This document shows, piece by piece, positions 1 through 13,715 of a stretch of DNA of 64,000 bases. The notes under the pieces were generated by a model. It was not told the DNA's origin, did not search any database, and worked only from the letters and a program-made list of their open reading frames with translations. The translations under genes and the position numbers were made by a program. Each line of letters begins with the position of its first letter. The first letter of the stretch is position 1. Source of the DNA: Saccostrea echinata (lineage: Eukaryota); the NCBI RefSeq assembly GCF_033153115.1, contig NW_026889801.1, positions 3,844,001 through 3,908,000 on the forward strand, written 5' to 3'.

Positions 1-899
1 CTCTGTAACAAATGATTTTCTAATAAAAGTAATTAAATTTTAGGATATGCATTTTTTATTAAATCATTTAAATCAAATATAATTTCGAGAGTCATCAACG
101 TTAATGTGAATTATAACATATTAGTATAATTGTTTTTGAAAGATTTTCAGTGCCAACAACTGATTCTGTGAAAAACTTCTAGCAATTAGTATCAGAAGAG
201 CATTGATAATTAATTGTTGTCTGATGTATATGATACCCTGTACAATTTCTCTTCCTTAACTAACTTGCTTAAAGTTGTTTCCTTTAAAAACTTGCTTAAA
301 GCTCTCTCCTTTACAAACTTGCTTAAAATTGTCTATTTTCCTTGATAACTATTTTTAGAATGGATGTGCTGCTTCTTCTTCTTTTTCTAAAAAAAGAAAC
401 AATAACATCTTCGCGTTATAACAACATAAAACATCATTTAGGAAATAAGAAAAAAATCAGGCAATGTACTATTTGTATTTTTAATGAGTAACTGCAATTA
501 TTTGTAATTGACTTTTTTTTTAATTTCATCAAGTTTCTCAATGTATTTAATCAACCTGAATTAAAATTCCATTTTGCAATAGCCTTATCCCTGTACTATT
601 TGAGGTAATTATAACACATTCGCCACTGTCCATTCTACATCACTAGAAATAGTGCAGCTCCTATGAAGGATGAATGGTAATTTATTTGGATATTGTCATC
701 CACACATGTTAAAATGAATAATTACGATAAATATTTTTGATATCCCATTGTATCCTCATCAATCTGTATAAGGAAAGGTGGAAACTACACAGAAATAAAC
801 AGTAATTAAAAGTCTCACTAATTGTATTTTCGATTTCTCATTCTTTAATCTGAATAAATTTTCCTTCCATTTGTATATTTTTATAATATATTTTTGCAG

Positions 900-1063
900 A
901 TTCCGATAGATTTTGTAGTTCTACAAAACACCCAGGAAAAAGAGACGCAATGTTGTACAGCACCATTGTCCTCTGTACGATAGCAGTCTTCCAGTTTATA
1001 TGTTATATTTATCTTTCATTTTTCTACAAAAACAGACTGCATCTGGTTTGTTGTACACTGTAA
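900..1063 (+). CDS. Terminal transmembrane exon of an upstream mini-EGF receptor paralogue (rest of gene left of window or degenerate)
   Basis: ttttgcag acceptor, phase 1. Reads (D)SDRFCSSTKHPGKRDAMLYSTIVLCTIAVFQFICYIYLSFFYKNRLHLVCCTL*: a ~25-aa hydrophobic span followed by basic residues, the same layout as the TM exon at 23324. Confidence 0.55.
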
Positions 1064-1433
1064 CCAAAATAATACAGAACTATACAGCAACTATGGATTC
1101 TTCATAGAAATAATTCTTTTTTTTTTCTCTCTGTATTTATTTTTATGGGTTGTTTTTTTTTTCTTTGAAAAAATGACAAGTTTTTATGTTCATTAAGATA
1201 TTTTCCTATAATTAGAATATATTTAAGTGGAGCATGTGTATAAATAAAATCTGATCAACAACAATCAAGTCTAAATTGAAATTTCGTGCTTCATGTTTCT
1301 CTTATTTCAAAGATTTCATCCGTTATTAGATGAATAAAATGCTTCAAACTGTGAGTGACTTCTTTTTTAAAAAAAATGTGATGATAGTATATCTCCATTC
1401 TTCGTTGATTTAATATAAACCTGCATGAATATT

Positions 1434-1467
<34 letters not shown>

Positions 1468-1916
1468 ATAAAAGCTAACGGTTAACAAGGAAAATATAAC
1501 AGTTAACATACCTTCCAGGAAACTACCTTAAAGTAAATCTTAAAAAAAGAGGGATTCAACCATTTCGGAAAAAAAGGTAAAGAAAGTCAAGACAAGTCTT
1601 TGAAAAAAAAATATATATCAAACAATACCCATTATGCTTAGTTTGAATCAACCCAGAGTGCAAATGTACTTTAAATCATTAATTAGACGACTTTTCGGCA
1701 ATTTATCAAATTGCAATTNNNNNNNNNNNNNNNNNNNNNNNNNNNNNNNNNNNNNNNNNNNNNNNNNNNNNNNNNNNNNNNNNNNNNNNNNNNNNNNNNN
1801 NNNNNNNNNNNNNNNNNNNNNNNNNNNNNNNNNNNNNNNNNNNNNNNNNNNNNNNNNNNNNNNNNNNNNNNNNNNNNNNNNNNNNNNNNNNNNNNNNNNN
1901 NNNNNNNNNNCTAACA

Positions 1917-2105
1917 ATTAGTATGAAAAACGTCAGTCTGCACATGACTTAATGATAGATTGTATTTGCTGAGAAGGTCATTGTATTGACCATAGAACTT
2001 ACGAAATGATGACTTTAAACGAGACTGTTGATATTCTTGTTTCATCAACTTGTTTGTCAATAACTTACTTCGTCAGAAATTGTTCTTACGTAGAGCATGT
2101 AACTC
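1917..2105 (-). mobile_element. Penelope-like retroelement 3' fragment
   Basis: Similar by eye to 14110-14300 (ctaacaattag..gaccatagaactt..aaacgagactgttgatat); abuts the N gap. Confidence 0.55.
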
Positions 2106-2259
2106 TCTTCATTTTTAATGTAAAATTTTATAAATTCTCTATACATGAGGATGTTTAATTTGCCTTATTTATTTTAATTTGGTGGCTCTTTAGGTATGAA
2201 AAGTAAAATTTGCACTTTCCCTGAGTCCCTTGAATCATAACTCTTACCAGGGCCATACT

Positions 2260-3090
2260 CACAGCTATATTAAGGACTCTCCTATATACTTCCGCCTATG
2301 CAGAGGTTTGGGAAGGCTATTATGACGTCACGTTGAAACAATACAAATGAATTTCGATGATTAAATACTATATATTCTTTTTAAAACATACAAAAATTCT
2401 TTCGTTTCTCATACATATTAAAAGATAAATGAACGTGCAACTTATCTTGCCAAAATAGCTCTTAGAGTATGTAGAATGAAAGCCAGCTTGATCTCGCTGT
2501 ACTTACTGAGATGACGTCATTTCTTAGTTTGACACGCAGTTTCTCTGTACTTGAGGCGTGGATCAAGCTATTATTGTAGTTTGTCAAAATAAAAATAAAT
2601 ACGATACAAGCTTAATTGGACCAAAATAAAGACATATTCTAGCATATATTAATCGACATTTTATTCTCAAACTAAATTGATAACGTGCAGACTTTATACA
2701 TGTATGTAGCCGTAGGGAGCACATTTGTTCAGTAACCTGCAAGAATGAGGGGTCCAACCCCTCGAAAATATCAAAAGTTCAACGATATCCGCTTCACTAT
2801 TCTGAATTTTTAAACATGTGTAACTATTATTAACTATTATTCCTACTATTCTGAAAAGTGCTGGGGGCTGGTTGTGCAATGTTTATTTATTCTGTAATGT
2901 AACATTATTCCAGTGCGTGTTACATCTATGTCTGGAGTTTATAGAAAGACGGCTAAATTTTACACAATTTTCGAGCATGAGGAAGTTGCTCCCAACACTT
3001 TTCATGTTAGGAAATTTGTCTCAAACAAAAGTAAGCAATTTAAAGTAAGCATTTCGTAAATTTTACAGTCGTTTAATGACCTTAATTAAC
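2260..3090 (+). mobile_element. Non-autonomous TIR element, CACAGC-terminus family (right end approximate)
   Basis: Starts cacagctatattaagg, like cgcagctctgttaagg at 28410. Contains the core tgacgtca..ttgacacgcag..gaggcgtggatcaa and is colinear with 21020-21700. Confidence 0.6.
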
Positions 3091-4579
3091 AAACCGATCG
3101 TATTTTGACTGATATATACATAACTATTGTTTGGATTTTTATTTTATACTTAAAATTTGACTAAGGAATATACCCTCTACCTGATCAATACAAAGTGCTC
3201 ACGGCTGGTATATGTATGACCGGACAACAGGGGATGCTTACACCTCCTAAGCGTCTGATCCAACGTCTGAAATTTCGGATATCCCTTGATTTATGCCCTG
3301 TTTACAGATGTTAAGTGTATGTAGGTATTTTGAGATCGATCACTGTCCGTAATCTTTACCTTTTTTCATTTGAACAAAACTGAATCTACCCATGTATATA
3401 TATTGAACCTCACTTCTGGTTTTATTGTTGCTAAGAAAAAAATATTTTGACACCGCCCTTTATATTATTCTAAACTTTTTAAAAAGACTTCAATTGTTGC
3501 TAGAATAAATTTGAATCCCTATCTCCCTAGGTTAAGTTGTCTGAAGAAGCCGAAAACATACAGAGATTTAGGTGGCCAAGAAATGTAATTTTATTTATTT
3601 ATCTAAATCAATAAGAGAAGTGTTTATGCAATTCTTAATATATCTTGATAGGTTTTAATAGGCAAAGAAAAGTTTTAGCAGAAAAAGTTCTTGGTGTGAA
3701 CATCATTTTGCTGAGTTTTGATTGAAGTTGAATTTGTATGTTATCACTGCATGTTCTTTAAAACAACAAACAACAGTCATTAGTAAGAAATAATTAGAAA
3801 AATAAATGATGGAAGACCGTGGGCAGAATACCTTTTCTCTGTTGTGAAAAAAAAAATATTACCTTTTCTCTAAGTAGAAAGATATAAGGCAATGTAAACA
3901 CATTTCTTGCATTTTCTGTGCTTAAAAGTGAAAGGGAATCTGCAAATATTAACTATCAAAATGTTTAAATATGAAAATTGAAGTGAAGAGATTAAAAATA
4001 ACATCTATATTAACTATAACTTCCCTGTGGTGTTTTGGTGGAAATCGATTGTGAAATCAATACATTATTCAGTTTAGAGTCTAAGGATTTTTTTTTTTAC
4101 CAATGCAGACACAGCAGGTCATACTTTCTGAGGAGTGTTCAATCACTGTGTTTAACTACACATTGTTTTGTAAAATTTCTTCGTTTCACTTTGAATATTT
4201 TTCAGATAAATTTGCTTATTATGAAAGAAAACAAAAAAGATACACTTAAAATGTACACATGATCATTTTTTAAATGTTAAATAAGTGTAAATATGCCAAT
4301 GTCAAATATGATATCCTTATGCCTTATTTTCCATCCAAACATTCCCACAGAATAGTGACATTGTCAAAAGTATTCCAGGAAACAGATATTAATTAGATCT
4401 TCATTAAAAGGGAAATATTTATATGATTTGCAATATTGAATATACTCTAAGTCAAATCATCTTATTGAATGCTGGATAAGTGAACACAAACAAGCAAATT
4501 ATTATAACTTATTTCTCCTTTTTTAACCATTTCAATTGATGTTGAAGCTAGATTTAAACCTATCTTGTGTAAATAAAGG

Positions 4580-4662
4580 ATGGACTTTATCTTGTATTGT
4601 TGTTTATGTTCAGTTTTTGCATTGATAATTCATTTAGTTGTCTGTAATCAGCAAAGCATAAG
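4580..4662 (+). CDS. Mini-EGF receptor copy A, exon 1 (signal peptide)
   Basis: ATG MDFILYCCLCSVFALIIHLVVCNQQSI, then ag|gtaact donor, phase 2. Confidence 0.7.
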
Positions 4663-4746
4663 GTAACTCTCTCTCTCTCTCCCGAATCATTCCTATTTGT
4701 GCAGAATATAATTAAATAATCATTTCTTGCTGTATTCATCTTATAG

Positions 4747-4799
4747 AGGTCGAACAGATTGTTGTATTGAGTGGAATGAAGTACTCAACATATGCACCG
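4747..4799 (+). CDS. Copy A exon 2 (short Cys-rich, EMI-like CC..W..C)
   Basis: ttatag| (R)GRTDCCIEWNEVLNICT |gtaagt. Phase 2 to 1, compatible with both flanking exons. Confidence 0.75.
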
Positions 4800-5459
4800 G
4801 TAAGTATTTTATACGATAACTCAGTGATTAAAATGATTTCTTTTTGCATAGATTTTGTAAATAAAAATACAATTTTGCAATGCACATTACCACATTATCT
4901 GAAATTTTACCATGGTAATTTAGATTTTTTTGAATTTTATTCAAATTAAGATACATTTACCGAGAAATTAATTGAGAATATTAAGTATCTTTTGTTTTCA
5001 TAAATATAAATAAATGAGTACACTAACATTTATTGCTATATACCTATATAATACTCCCTATATAATTTGATATGAAAAAAAATATTCCATCATTTTGACT
5101 TTCTGGCAACTATTTTACTTTAAGCTTTACACCAATTTACGATGTACGCATAGCAGCTGCATAGGAAAAGAATTTAGGCCAACTCAAAACGTAATGCATT
5201 AAACATTCTGAGTGAATGTTAAGTGACATGTGTTCTTTCGTTTGTAAAAATAATACTACTACATCCCTACCATATTGAATTCAGAAATTATTTACTAAAT
5301 CACACGACGTTGCCGTAATACGTGATGCAGAGTCGATGTTTTCTTTGTTGCGATAGTACAATTCTAAGAAAAAGACATTCCAGGGTTAATGCTATATACT
5401 ATACTGATTTAGTTTTTAATCTGCGGGTATAGCAAAACAGTTGTTGATAGGGGTAGTGG

Positions 5460-5556
5460 GCAACAGTTGATCTGTCGGACCGGGGTGCAAACTGTTGCCA
5501 GTAGCCTACGGCCTTCAATAATAGTCTGCACACCGGACCGACGAATCAACTGTTGT
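5460..5556. repeat. Imperfect palindrome (~37 bp arms), probable core of a MITE or Crypton-like non-autonomous element
   Basis: caacagttgatctgtcggaccggggtgcaaact matches the reverse complement of agtctgcacaccggaccgacgaatcaactgttg. Confidence 0.55.
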
Positions 5557-6536
5557 CACCAAAAATAGAGTACTATTGAGTAAACGTTTTGCTGGCAATG
5601 GTATCCTATGTTGCCCATGCCTCTTCCCCTACAATCTCATCTCCATTAATTGAAGTATTGATGTCATGTCATCTTATTAAACCACTTTTCCTCTTTTTCT
5701 GCTGACATGCACTCGGAGAAGATGTTAACCTTCCTATTAATCTTTTAAAATCAACATTGCCATCATAATATAATCTACATGTAGCTCTGCTTCAGAAACT
5801 TCATTGTAAGATTCTCCCCCTTCCTCTTTTTGAGGATCATTACAGCTTTAGGAGAAGAATTTTGGGTCACTAGTGAAGTCAATATTTGCAACAATGTTTG
5901 AATCCCTGCCATGCATTTAATACTGGAGTTTAAGTTAAACTTAAGATATACCTGGTGAAGTATTTACTCTAGCCGTATTAGATGCTAAATTATTATACTC
6001 TAAAAGGGTATATTCTTCTTTGCCCGTAATTAGCCATGGTAAGCCGGGATAAGCCGAATTAATTATAAATTGACAAAAAATCTCTTAAAAACATACATAC
6101 ATAAAAATAAATGTTTACTGATGCTAAGCCGGCAGCGCGCTGCTGTTAGGTAAGCAAGGGCTATGTCATGGGTCCATAATGATCCTGACAGTCATGGAGT
6201 AGAATTCCGTTATTAAAATATCTATGATTTTGCTCTATTTTTTAGTAACTATAGTTCATAATGTTAGTCAATTGTTTATTAGATAAAGTATAATTTATCT
6301 TCTTTTTTGGTTTTTTCTGTTTATTTCAATGTCTGTTTAGTCCTTAGTAAGGTCTAAATAATCTGGTTTAATAAATACTCTCTATAAATTAAACAGTTTT
6401 TTAGATTTGGTATTTGGGAGATAGTAATTGCATGGCTTCCCTCGGAAAGATAATATTTCATCCCTCTTGGGGACCAAATCTTTGCTATTTCCCTCATACC
6501 CATTATACAACTATATACTTCCGGGGTATTTTTCAG

Positions 6537-6662
6537 ATTGTGAGACTGGATTTTTTGGTGACCATTGTCATTTACCGTGTCGATATCCAGGCTTTGGAGA
6601 AAGTTGTCAGAAGGAATGTGACTGCGAGGAACAGTATTGTCATCATGTTCAGGGTTGTACAG
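6537..6662 (+). CDS. Copy A exon 3 (MEGF10/ced-1-type EGF module)
   Basis: tttcag| (D)CETGFFGDHCHLPCRYPGFGESCQKECDCEEQYCHHVQGCT |gtatac, phase 1-1. Confidence 0.85.
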
Positions 6663-7144
6663 GTATACATCAGACAGTATTTACTTAGTTCCACATTCTG
6701 TGTTTGTTTAACTTGTATCGAAATCGATTTGTAAATAAATCAGTAAAACTTACTCTTTTTCAAATATAAAAAAAGAAACAATGAGAGCAAAATTATTTTC
6801 CTAAAAAAACATTTTCTTGTGTACTTTAGATTTTAACATTGTTGATATTTACTAGTATTTTCAAAGTTGTCTTTCACTGAAGATTCTGTATTTAAGGATT
6901 TTATACAAACTTTCAGAATTACCTAAGAAAGATTATTTAGTGGAAGATTCATTTTCTTCAAACAGGTCAAGAATCGGTAGTATAAATTTTGAAGAGTTGT
7001 AAAATATTGAATATTATACTAATTGTTAGCCAGTCGCAATAAATCTTATATTATTTTGCTTTACAAAATTTGAAACTACCATGAATTGTTAAGAGGTGAG
7101 GTGTTTATTTTTAATCGTATCATTAAGAACTCTTTTTTTTCCAG

Positions 7145-7225
7145 ATCCCTATGCTATATGCACCACAACAATGGTATCAAATAATATTTCATACACAACA
7201 ACATCGATGGATGGAACTCTCGAAG
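7145..7225 (+). CDS. Copy A exon 4 (Ser/Thr-rich stalk)
   Basis: ttttccag| (D)PYAICTTTMVSNNISYTTTSMDGTLE |gtaatt, phase 1-1. Confidence 0.7.
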
Positions 7226-8655
7226 GTAATTTCATAAATATACTTTTTGAATGTTCAAATAATATTAGTATCATGGATAAATTATATGTTTAGTTTGAAA
7301 AATTATGTATGAATAGAAACCTCCTACTGGAAAATTTTTGATGGGAAAGAAGGGTGTTTCCTCTGTCAAGCTCCAAGATCAATTTTGTTGAATATCTGTA
7401 AAGTTAGATAATATTTCCCAATCAAAGAACGGCAAAATACGTAGCTGAATTTAACAAAATACATATAGTGTGAGAGTTTAATCTACATGTAGTTTATGTT
7501 TAAATCACGTGCCTCTGTAAAACCTGGTTCTTGCAAAGAGAGACAGAGAGAGAGAGAAAGAGAGAGACACACAGAGAGAGGAACAGACAGATAGTCAGAC
7601 AGACGGACAGACAAACAAAGGTCTAGTGAGATAATAAAATCTACTGGATAAATTATGTAATGGTGTTGCTAGTTGTTTAATACCAACAAATCATATGAAA
7701 TATTGGTGCATACCGTTGTCGTTGAACATGTACGAATTCAAATGTTTCTTGTAAATGATATTGGGTAGACTACATGGTTAACGTTCGATGAGAGTGTCGC
7801 ATTCCCTGCTTTACGGAACAATGTATTCTTTATATGCCAAAACTGAGGGAAATATCAGTTTCCTTAATGCAGACGATAAAATCTATAAAAAAAGGTATGT
7901 GTCTGAATGGCTATTTTGCTTTCATTGATCATTTTGATATTTCATTTATTTCTTATTTACTATATTTTATTGCTTTTGAAATATATTTCATAATTACCCG
8001 AAGCAGTGAGAGAAATTCAATTTATATTCTTATTCTTTACTCTAGTTTTTTAAGTTTAAAGTAATAGACTGGTGTCACAGTTTCATTTCTGATATCACGT
8101 TTGTAGGAATAATTTTGTTATGTGTATTCACATGCACAAATAACCTACTTTTAATCACTACATGTACAAGTTATTGAATTACAAATGTTTAATCACTTCA
8201 TGTACAATTTAATGCATATACAGAAGAAATTATAATATAACAACTAACAATATATTATGTATTTTTGATATGCTTTTATCCCTTTGTGAAAAGTATATAG
8301 TAATACACGCACGTACATGCAAATGACTGTTTATGGTCGTCTTTACCTTTAAGTATTGAATGCTCCGTCATAATTTAAAATGTTTAATCTACAATGTATA
8401 TGGTGACGTAAAATTATATGTAATTCAAAAATACTCCTTACTGCATATTTGACCTTTAAATATACTTACTGTGTTTATATTTTTAAAAGGGTGTGTAAAT
8501 GTATATTCATATTCATTAAATGCAAATTTCAGTTTTTAGTTAATCTTGTCAGTTCAGGGGTATAACAGAGTATGCATTGTTGTCTTACTTTTCTATACTT
8601 GTCGGTTTAAATAAACATAAACTGTTCAAAGGAAATACCAATTTCATATTTTCGT

Positions 8656-8954
8656 GTCGCCCGCGTGGCGCAGTGATTAGAGCGTTTGCTCTAGAGTCGA
8701 GGAGTAAGGAGTTGATCCTTACGTCGCGGGTTCGAATCCCACTGTGGGACGGTGAGACCGGTCCTTCGGATGAGACCATATAAACCGAGGTTCCTCGCAG
8801 TAGGTGCTGGCACGAAAAAGATCCCTCATTGCTCAATGGCCCTAAGTGCCGATTATAGGTCAGAATTTGCAGCTCTCCACCGGCAAGTTGCGGCGTCTCC
8901 ATATAAGTGAAAAATTCTCGAGAGGGACGTTAAACAACAATAAAATAAACAAAA
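8656..8954 (+). mobile_element. tRNA-derived SINE
   Basis: A box tggcgcagtga, B box gttcgaatcc, A-rich tail, 11-bp TSD catattttcgt (8645-8655 / 8955-8965). Confidence 0.9.
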
Positions 8955-10109
8955 CATATTTTCGTATGATTAAGTTAACATGTTTTTAATCTAAGTTATT
9001 TGTCTGCACTTCCTGAAATTAAGACTACTGAAAGTACTCGTTATTACAACATAGATAGCATTATTTGTATATTAAAGAAAAAAATCTTGTATACATATCT
9101 AATGTCCTACATTGTACTGTTCCCGATTAGCGCCAATACATTTAAATACTGTAGTCAAAAATTGGATATAAAAAAGTCATCAACAAGCATAGGTAAATAA
9201 TTGAAGGACCATTAATCAAAAGAAGTTTGACGGAAACTTCTCACCATCCAATCTAATGATAAAACAGAATTTCCAACATTATCAATGCTCAAACACTCTC
9301 ATTAAAAAAATATCATGTACACTTCGTCATAATGTTATTCATTACATGTTTCACAATGATAATTTCTTTCCAACGAACAGCACTGTAAACATTGTATTGA
9401 TTAATCCTTGATTGATTTGAAGAAAAAACACCATCGTATTTTTTTTATTTTTTGGTCCTATTATGGTATAGATACATTGTTAATATTTAAAAATTGTATG
9501 CCTCTGTTGAGAAATACTATGAATATGTGAAAATACTTCTGGTAAAAGTTTTAGTGTTATGAATCTTAAATACGTATTATTTCACACGCCCCATGTTGTC
9601 TTTCCAACCCAAGAATGGCAAGAAAATTAACTAAAATTCATCTTTCTTTTTTTTTTTTAGTTTGCTAATCGTAATGTTTTATATGTTTAACACAATTGGT
9701 ATCTTATTTTTAATGCTACATGATTAACAAGTCAATTCATAAATAGAGAAAAAAATGACTTTTGCTATTCGTGTACAAATCATATAATGCATGTCTATTA
9801 TTCTGTCATAAAATGTTATCTCTCTTTGCATCTGAATTGGATAACAGAGCTGATTAAAACAATGCTAAACATTCTACATTTTAATTGTTATTTAATTGTA
9901 CAGAATCGCCTGTGTGTGAAATTTATAATCGAGTTACTAATGAAATCTTCAGATTATCTGGATTTATTTGGAGTTATTTTCTACGGATCTTATTTTTTAA
10001 AGCAGAAACACTTACACTTTAACAGTATTTTAGCTTTCATATTACATTCTTTTCAGAATGTAATATACACTGGAAGCTGTAAGACACACAAGAGTATATT
10101 AATTTGACT

Positions 10110-10156
<47 letters not shown>

Positions 10157-10174
10157 TTTTCACCTGAAATGTAG

Positions 10175-10405
10175 CTGAAATTGTTTTTGCAAATCGAAAG
10201 AAAGGGCATTCAGCCTTTTGACACAGAGAAGTCTGATTCAGATATCACCCTTGAGAATCTGTATAGTGATAACTCCCATATCAGACACACTGATAGGTTT
10301 AGTAACACAAATGCCAGTTCAGGCTATCGGTATAGATGCCACCCATCATTAACAGGACAGGTATGCAGAAACCCTGAGCAGAAAAATATTGATGAAAATG
10401 AATGA
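10175..10405 (+). CDS. Possible terminal cytoplasmic exon of copy A
   Basis: Follows a long poly-T tract and gtag. Hydrophilic reading frame with Tyr motifs (ENLYSD, SGYRY). The link to upstream exons is not established. Confidence 0.3.
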   Translation: MKLFLQIERKGIQPFDTEKSDSDITLENLYSDNSHIRHTDRFSNTNASSGYRYRCHPSLTGQVCRNPEQKNIDENE

Positions 10406-11045
10406 TTCATTGTATTTCATATTTTAATAAGGAGAGAGTTTATGCATATTTTCGCCAAGAGATTTGTATGACGTTCAAATTGCTTTTTACAATATCTTAA
10501 TTATACCTATGCTGGCTATAGACTTCAATGTAATATTCACATTGCAATTAATTGGACAATAATTAAAATTTTGTAAATTCCTTTGGTGGAGTACTTTTAT
10601 TTAATAACATCTTCAAAATGCTACCATGATTCAAAATATTGGACCATTCATTTATTAGGTACAAAATATGGTCGTTATACATTGAATACCTGAACTATCT
10701 TTTACTCCAGCATTTGCAACAGGAAAGCTTCAGCTGAATTTATGATTTTGTGCTTCGGAATAATTGTAAAGCAAAGCATGAAAACACGCTGACTAGCATG
10801 TTTGGTAAAGGGCATTATTCTAGAGAACAATTTAAGTGCGGAAAACTAAAACCTTTATCTGGTTTTAAAGTATATAAATTCTTTAATCTGTTTTATAGTT
10901 TGGTAGCATTACCATTTGATGTATACCATGGTCACATTCATTAATTATTATTAATAATTATCATTCATTCATTCATTCATTCATTCAGTAATGAGAATGC
11001 AATTAATTATCTATTTGTATAATATTTTATCGATACTTTTTGTAG

Positions 11046-13715
11046 ACCCAACGGGGAAAAATGCTGTGTAGGATTTGATTGGAATACAACGCAAAAGGAA
11101 TGCGTCGTTGAGTTTTTGTGTCGCCTGCAGAGTAGAACGATACTTGGGGATCACTTTATCCGTTGTCTGTCTGTCTGTCGTTTTGTCTGTCCGACTGTCC
11201 GTCTGTCACACCTTATATCTTAAGAACTGTAAGGGGTACGGATTTTATATTTTGCATATCAATTGCATGACACTATGGCTTTTATAAATTAGCATGGTTA
11301 CCAACCTTGTGATCCATGACCTTGACCTTTGATCAACTTTTCAAAGAGGTAAGTATATGCTATATATGTTATAAAACATTATGAAAAATACCAGCGTTGT
11401 AATCCACTTGACCTTGAGCGTTGACCCACTTTGCTAAAAATACCTGGAGAGTATAATATATCTTTTGTAATTTGAGAGGCAGGGTTATAAAAATAAGTAT
11501 TTATACATGTTCATGAGCTCATGATTCTGTACGTTGAAACCGTATGATAATCTTACCGCAAGCTTCCATTGAAATGCCATGAAAATGCAATGGCATCCGT
11601 ACTCCACAATGGATCCTGTAGACTGACAATTATAGTAAAGACAGACTGAAATCTCTTTCGGAGATTTATTGAAAACGTGTATGAATAAAATGGTAGATAA
11701 TTATTTCAAATAATTTCAATATAATCATTATTCTGTGGTTGGGGAACTATACTTTCTTTGATTGACAGATTCTATCGCAGTCTTATAATATCTTAGAATG
11801 TTTTATTTTTTTCTTTGCATGCAATGAATGAATTTTATTATGTTAGTAGTAAAGAAATAGCTAACCATTCATAGAAATATTTACATCTTTAATGAAGCTA
11901 CAAAGCAGGCGACACATGGATTACTTGGAACTCTCTAGTTCTTTTTTTCTCTCTCTCAAATTAAAATTTCATTAAAAATTCAAAATAAAAAACAAAATAA
12001 AATAAAAACGCAGCTATGTCAAGGCTTCCCAAACCTTAGAAATACAAAATATTGCATTGCGAGGTCGGTTGTAATTATAATTTGTAATTTATGTGCTTAA
12101 GTATAGCCACTTTATATAGGGGGTTCTCTCGGCTTCATATTAACATATTCAATACGATAGAAATATGAAGATAACGAACAGTATTCAATCTCGAAAGTCC
12201 AATAAAACGATACAAATTTGAAGCAGAGCAAACACGAACCTCAAAATTTAGAGGTGGGATCAGGTGCCATGGAGGAGTGAGCATTCCCTGCCGACCGGTC
12301 ACACCCGCCGTGTGCTCCTTGTCATGATCGGGCAGTAACTGAGAAATCCGTAGACAGTTCAGTGTATAAATAATGATATCATTTGACTTCTTTGATCATT
12401 TGACGGTCATTTATATTCTCTTTATTGAAGTGTTTGATATTAATCGCTTCAGCAGATTAAAACAATTATTATTAATTTTTGGCATAAGCTTGCCGTATCC
12501 TTTTGTACCCGAAAAGCGATGGGGAAAGGTAATAGTATTACTTGGGTAAAAGATATTTCATGAGACGTTCTAGATTTCCGGCACATTTGATGATATTTTC
12601 TACTTTATATCATAGCCATCACACGTTTTTCCCCAGCACGATTTAGGTTGAGGACAAACCTTTCCTACTGATTTCCACAAAAGATCTCAAGTTAATCTTC
12701 AGTAATCGCTTGCGCCAGACCTTTTATACATATATAATTAATTCTACCTTTAACCATTGTATAAAACAGAGTAAATATCAAAAGTATATTTTTCTTAAGA
12801 ATTCCGAACATGCTGAATTTCATTCAAGGGTACAGTAATTGAGTGATGTATTTTGAAATATTCGGACATTTAAGATTTAAAAATAGAATTAAGACACGTG
12901 AATTTTGTAATGACGTTTTGATATATCATAGGCAGTTTTAAATAAGGTGTTATGTTTATGCCATGCTCCCCGTCATTACAGCTCAAGTTTACAGTGGCTT
13001 GACGTCATTTCCATTACGACGTCATATATTGGTAGTTCAGAAAAGTGAATGCACAGAGTGCTCTGTGATACTCAATAAGAAACCTTAACCCACCTGCGAA
13101 AATAACAAATTAAAATATACATGAAACGTTTGTCCATTTCTTTGTAGAATCTCAGGCTGGATTTTTTTCGGATCGGATTGCAGTTTTTTTGTGTGATCCG
13201 CCTCGTTATGGTTTGCACTGTAGCTCAACATGCAACTGTACGAATAAATGTCACCACGTGTACGACTGTACAAGATACCCATCTAATAGTCATAATAATA
13301 GTACTCCAATACTTATTGACATCACTATAAATAACTAATACATATGATCCTTTCAGTGAAAAAAATACCATCCAACAGCCCAAAAAGTACACAGCCAACG
13401 GCTGTTTCCGATTACGCTTTTTCAGGTACTGTTTCAAAGGCGATTAATACAGTTTTTTACCTAGTTATTAAAACTATTTCTTTTTTTTTCTATGGATAAC
13501 AATAATGTCTTACGCACACATATTTAATAAAAGGTTTTATACTTTCACGGAGAAGATTGCAGAAACTACCAACGCTTTTTACATGGATGATAAAAGGCAT
13601 GAGAACGAATTATCGAGGACTTTGATCTTTGGTATTGCTTGTTTTGCAGATGTAGCAGTAATATTACTTATTTACATATGTACTTTTTTTCCAAAAATCA
13701 CATTTTATTGTTCGA
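11046..13715 (+). pseudogene. Mini-EGF receptor copy B (pseudogene; closest to copy C)
   Basis: Exon remnants: 11046-11107 PNGEKCCVGFDWNTTQKECV (donor gt>tt); 13148-13285 ESQAGFF..CDPPRYGLHCSSTCNCTNKCHHVYDC (first Cys lost, poly-T slips, donor gt>at); 13551-13715 ..RHENELSRTLIFGIACFADVAVILLIYICTF (acceptor cag>cgg). Confidence 0.8.
11113..11940 (+). mobile_element. Helentron-associated non-autonomous element (HINE/DINE-like)
   Basis: Perfect 12-bp subterminal IR tgtgtcgcctgc (11117) / gcaggcgacaca (11905), a (ctgt/ccgt)n microsatellite after the 5' IR, T-rich ends. Inserted about 5 bp after copy B exon 2. Confidence 0.75.

Noticed and set aside
151-680. Stalk-like exon remnants upstream of the 900-1063 TM exon
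   Set aside because: They contain in-frame stops and only faintly resemble copy A exon 4, so they were not called.
1634-1945. ORFs spanning N runs (also 25526-25978, 29922-30194, 61050-61412)
   Set aside because: Artefacts of assembly gaps.
8656-8745. tRNA gene-like A/B boxes (also at 48870-48948 and 59295-59371)
   Set aside because: They continue into SINE bodies with tails and TSDs, so they are not stand-alone tRNA genes.
8577-8902. ORFs 8577-8783 and 8585-8902, and the twin ORFs 48726-48950 / 59149-59373
   Set aside because: These are chance frames in SINE sequence. Their similarity reflects repeat copies.
8069-10030. Candidate TM exons for receptor copy A (near 8069 and 9904)
   Set aside because: Hydrophobic frames exist, but the splice sites and TM character are too weak to choose in such AT-rich DNA.
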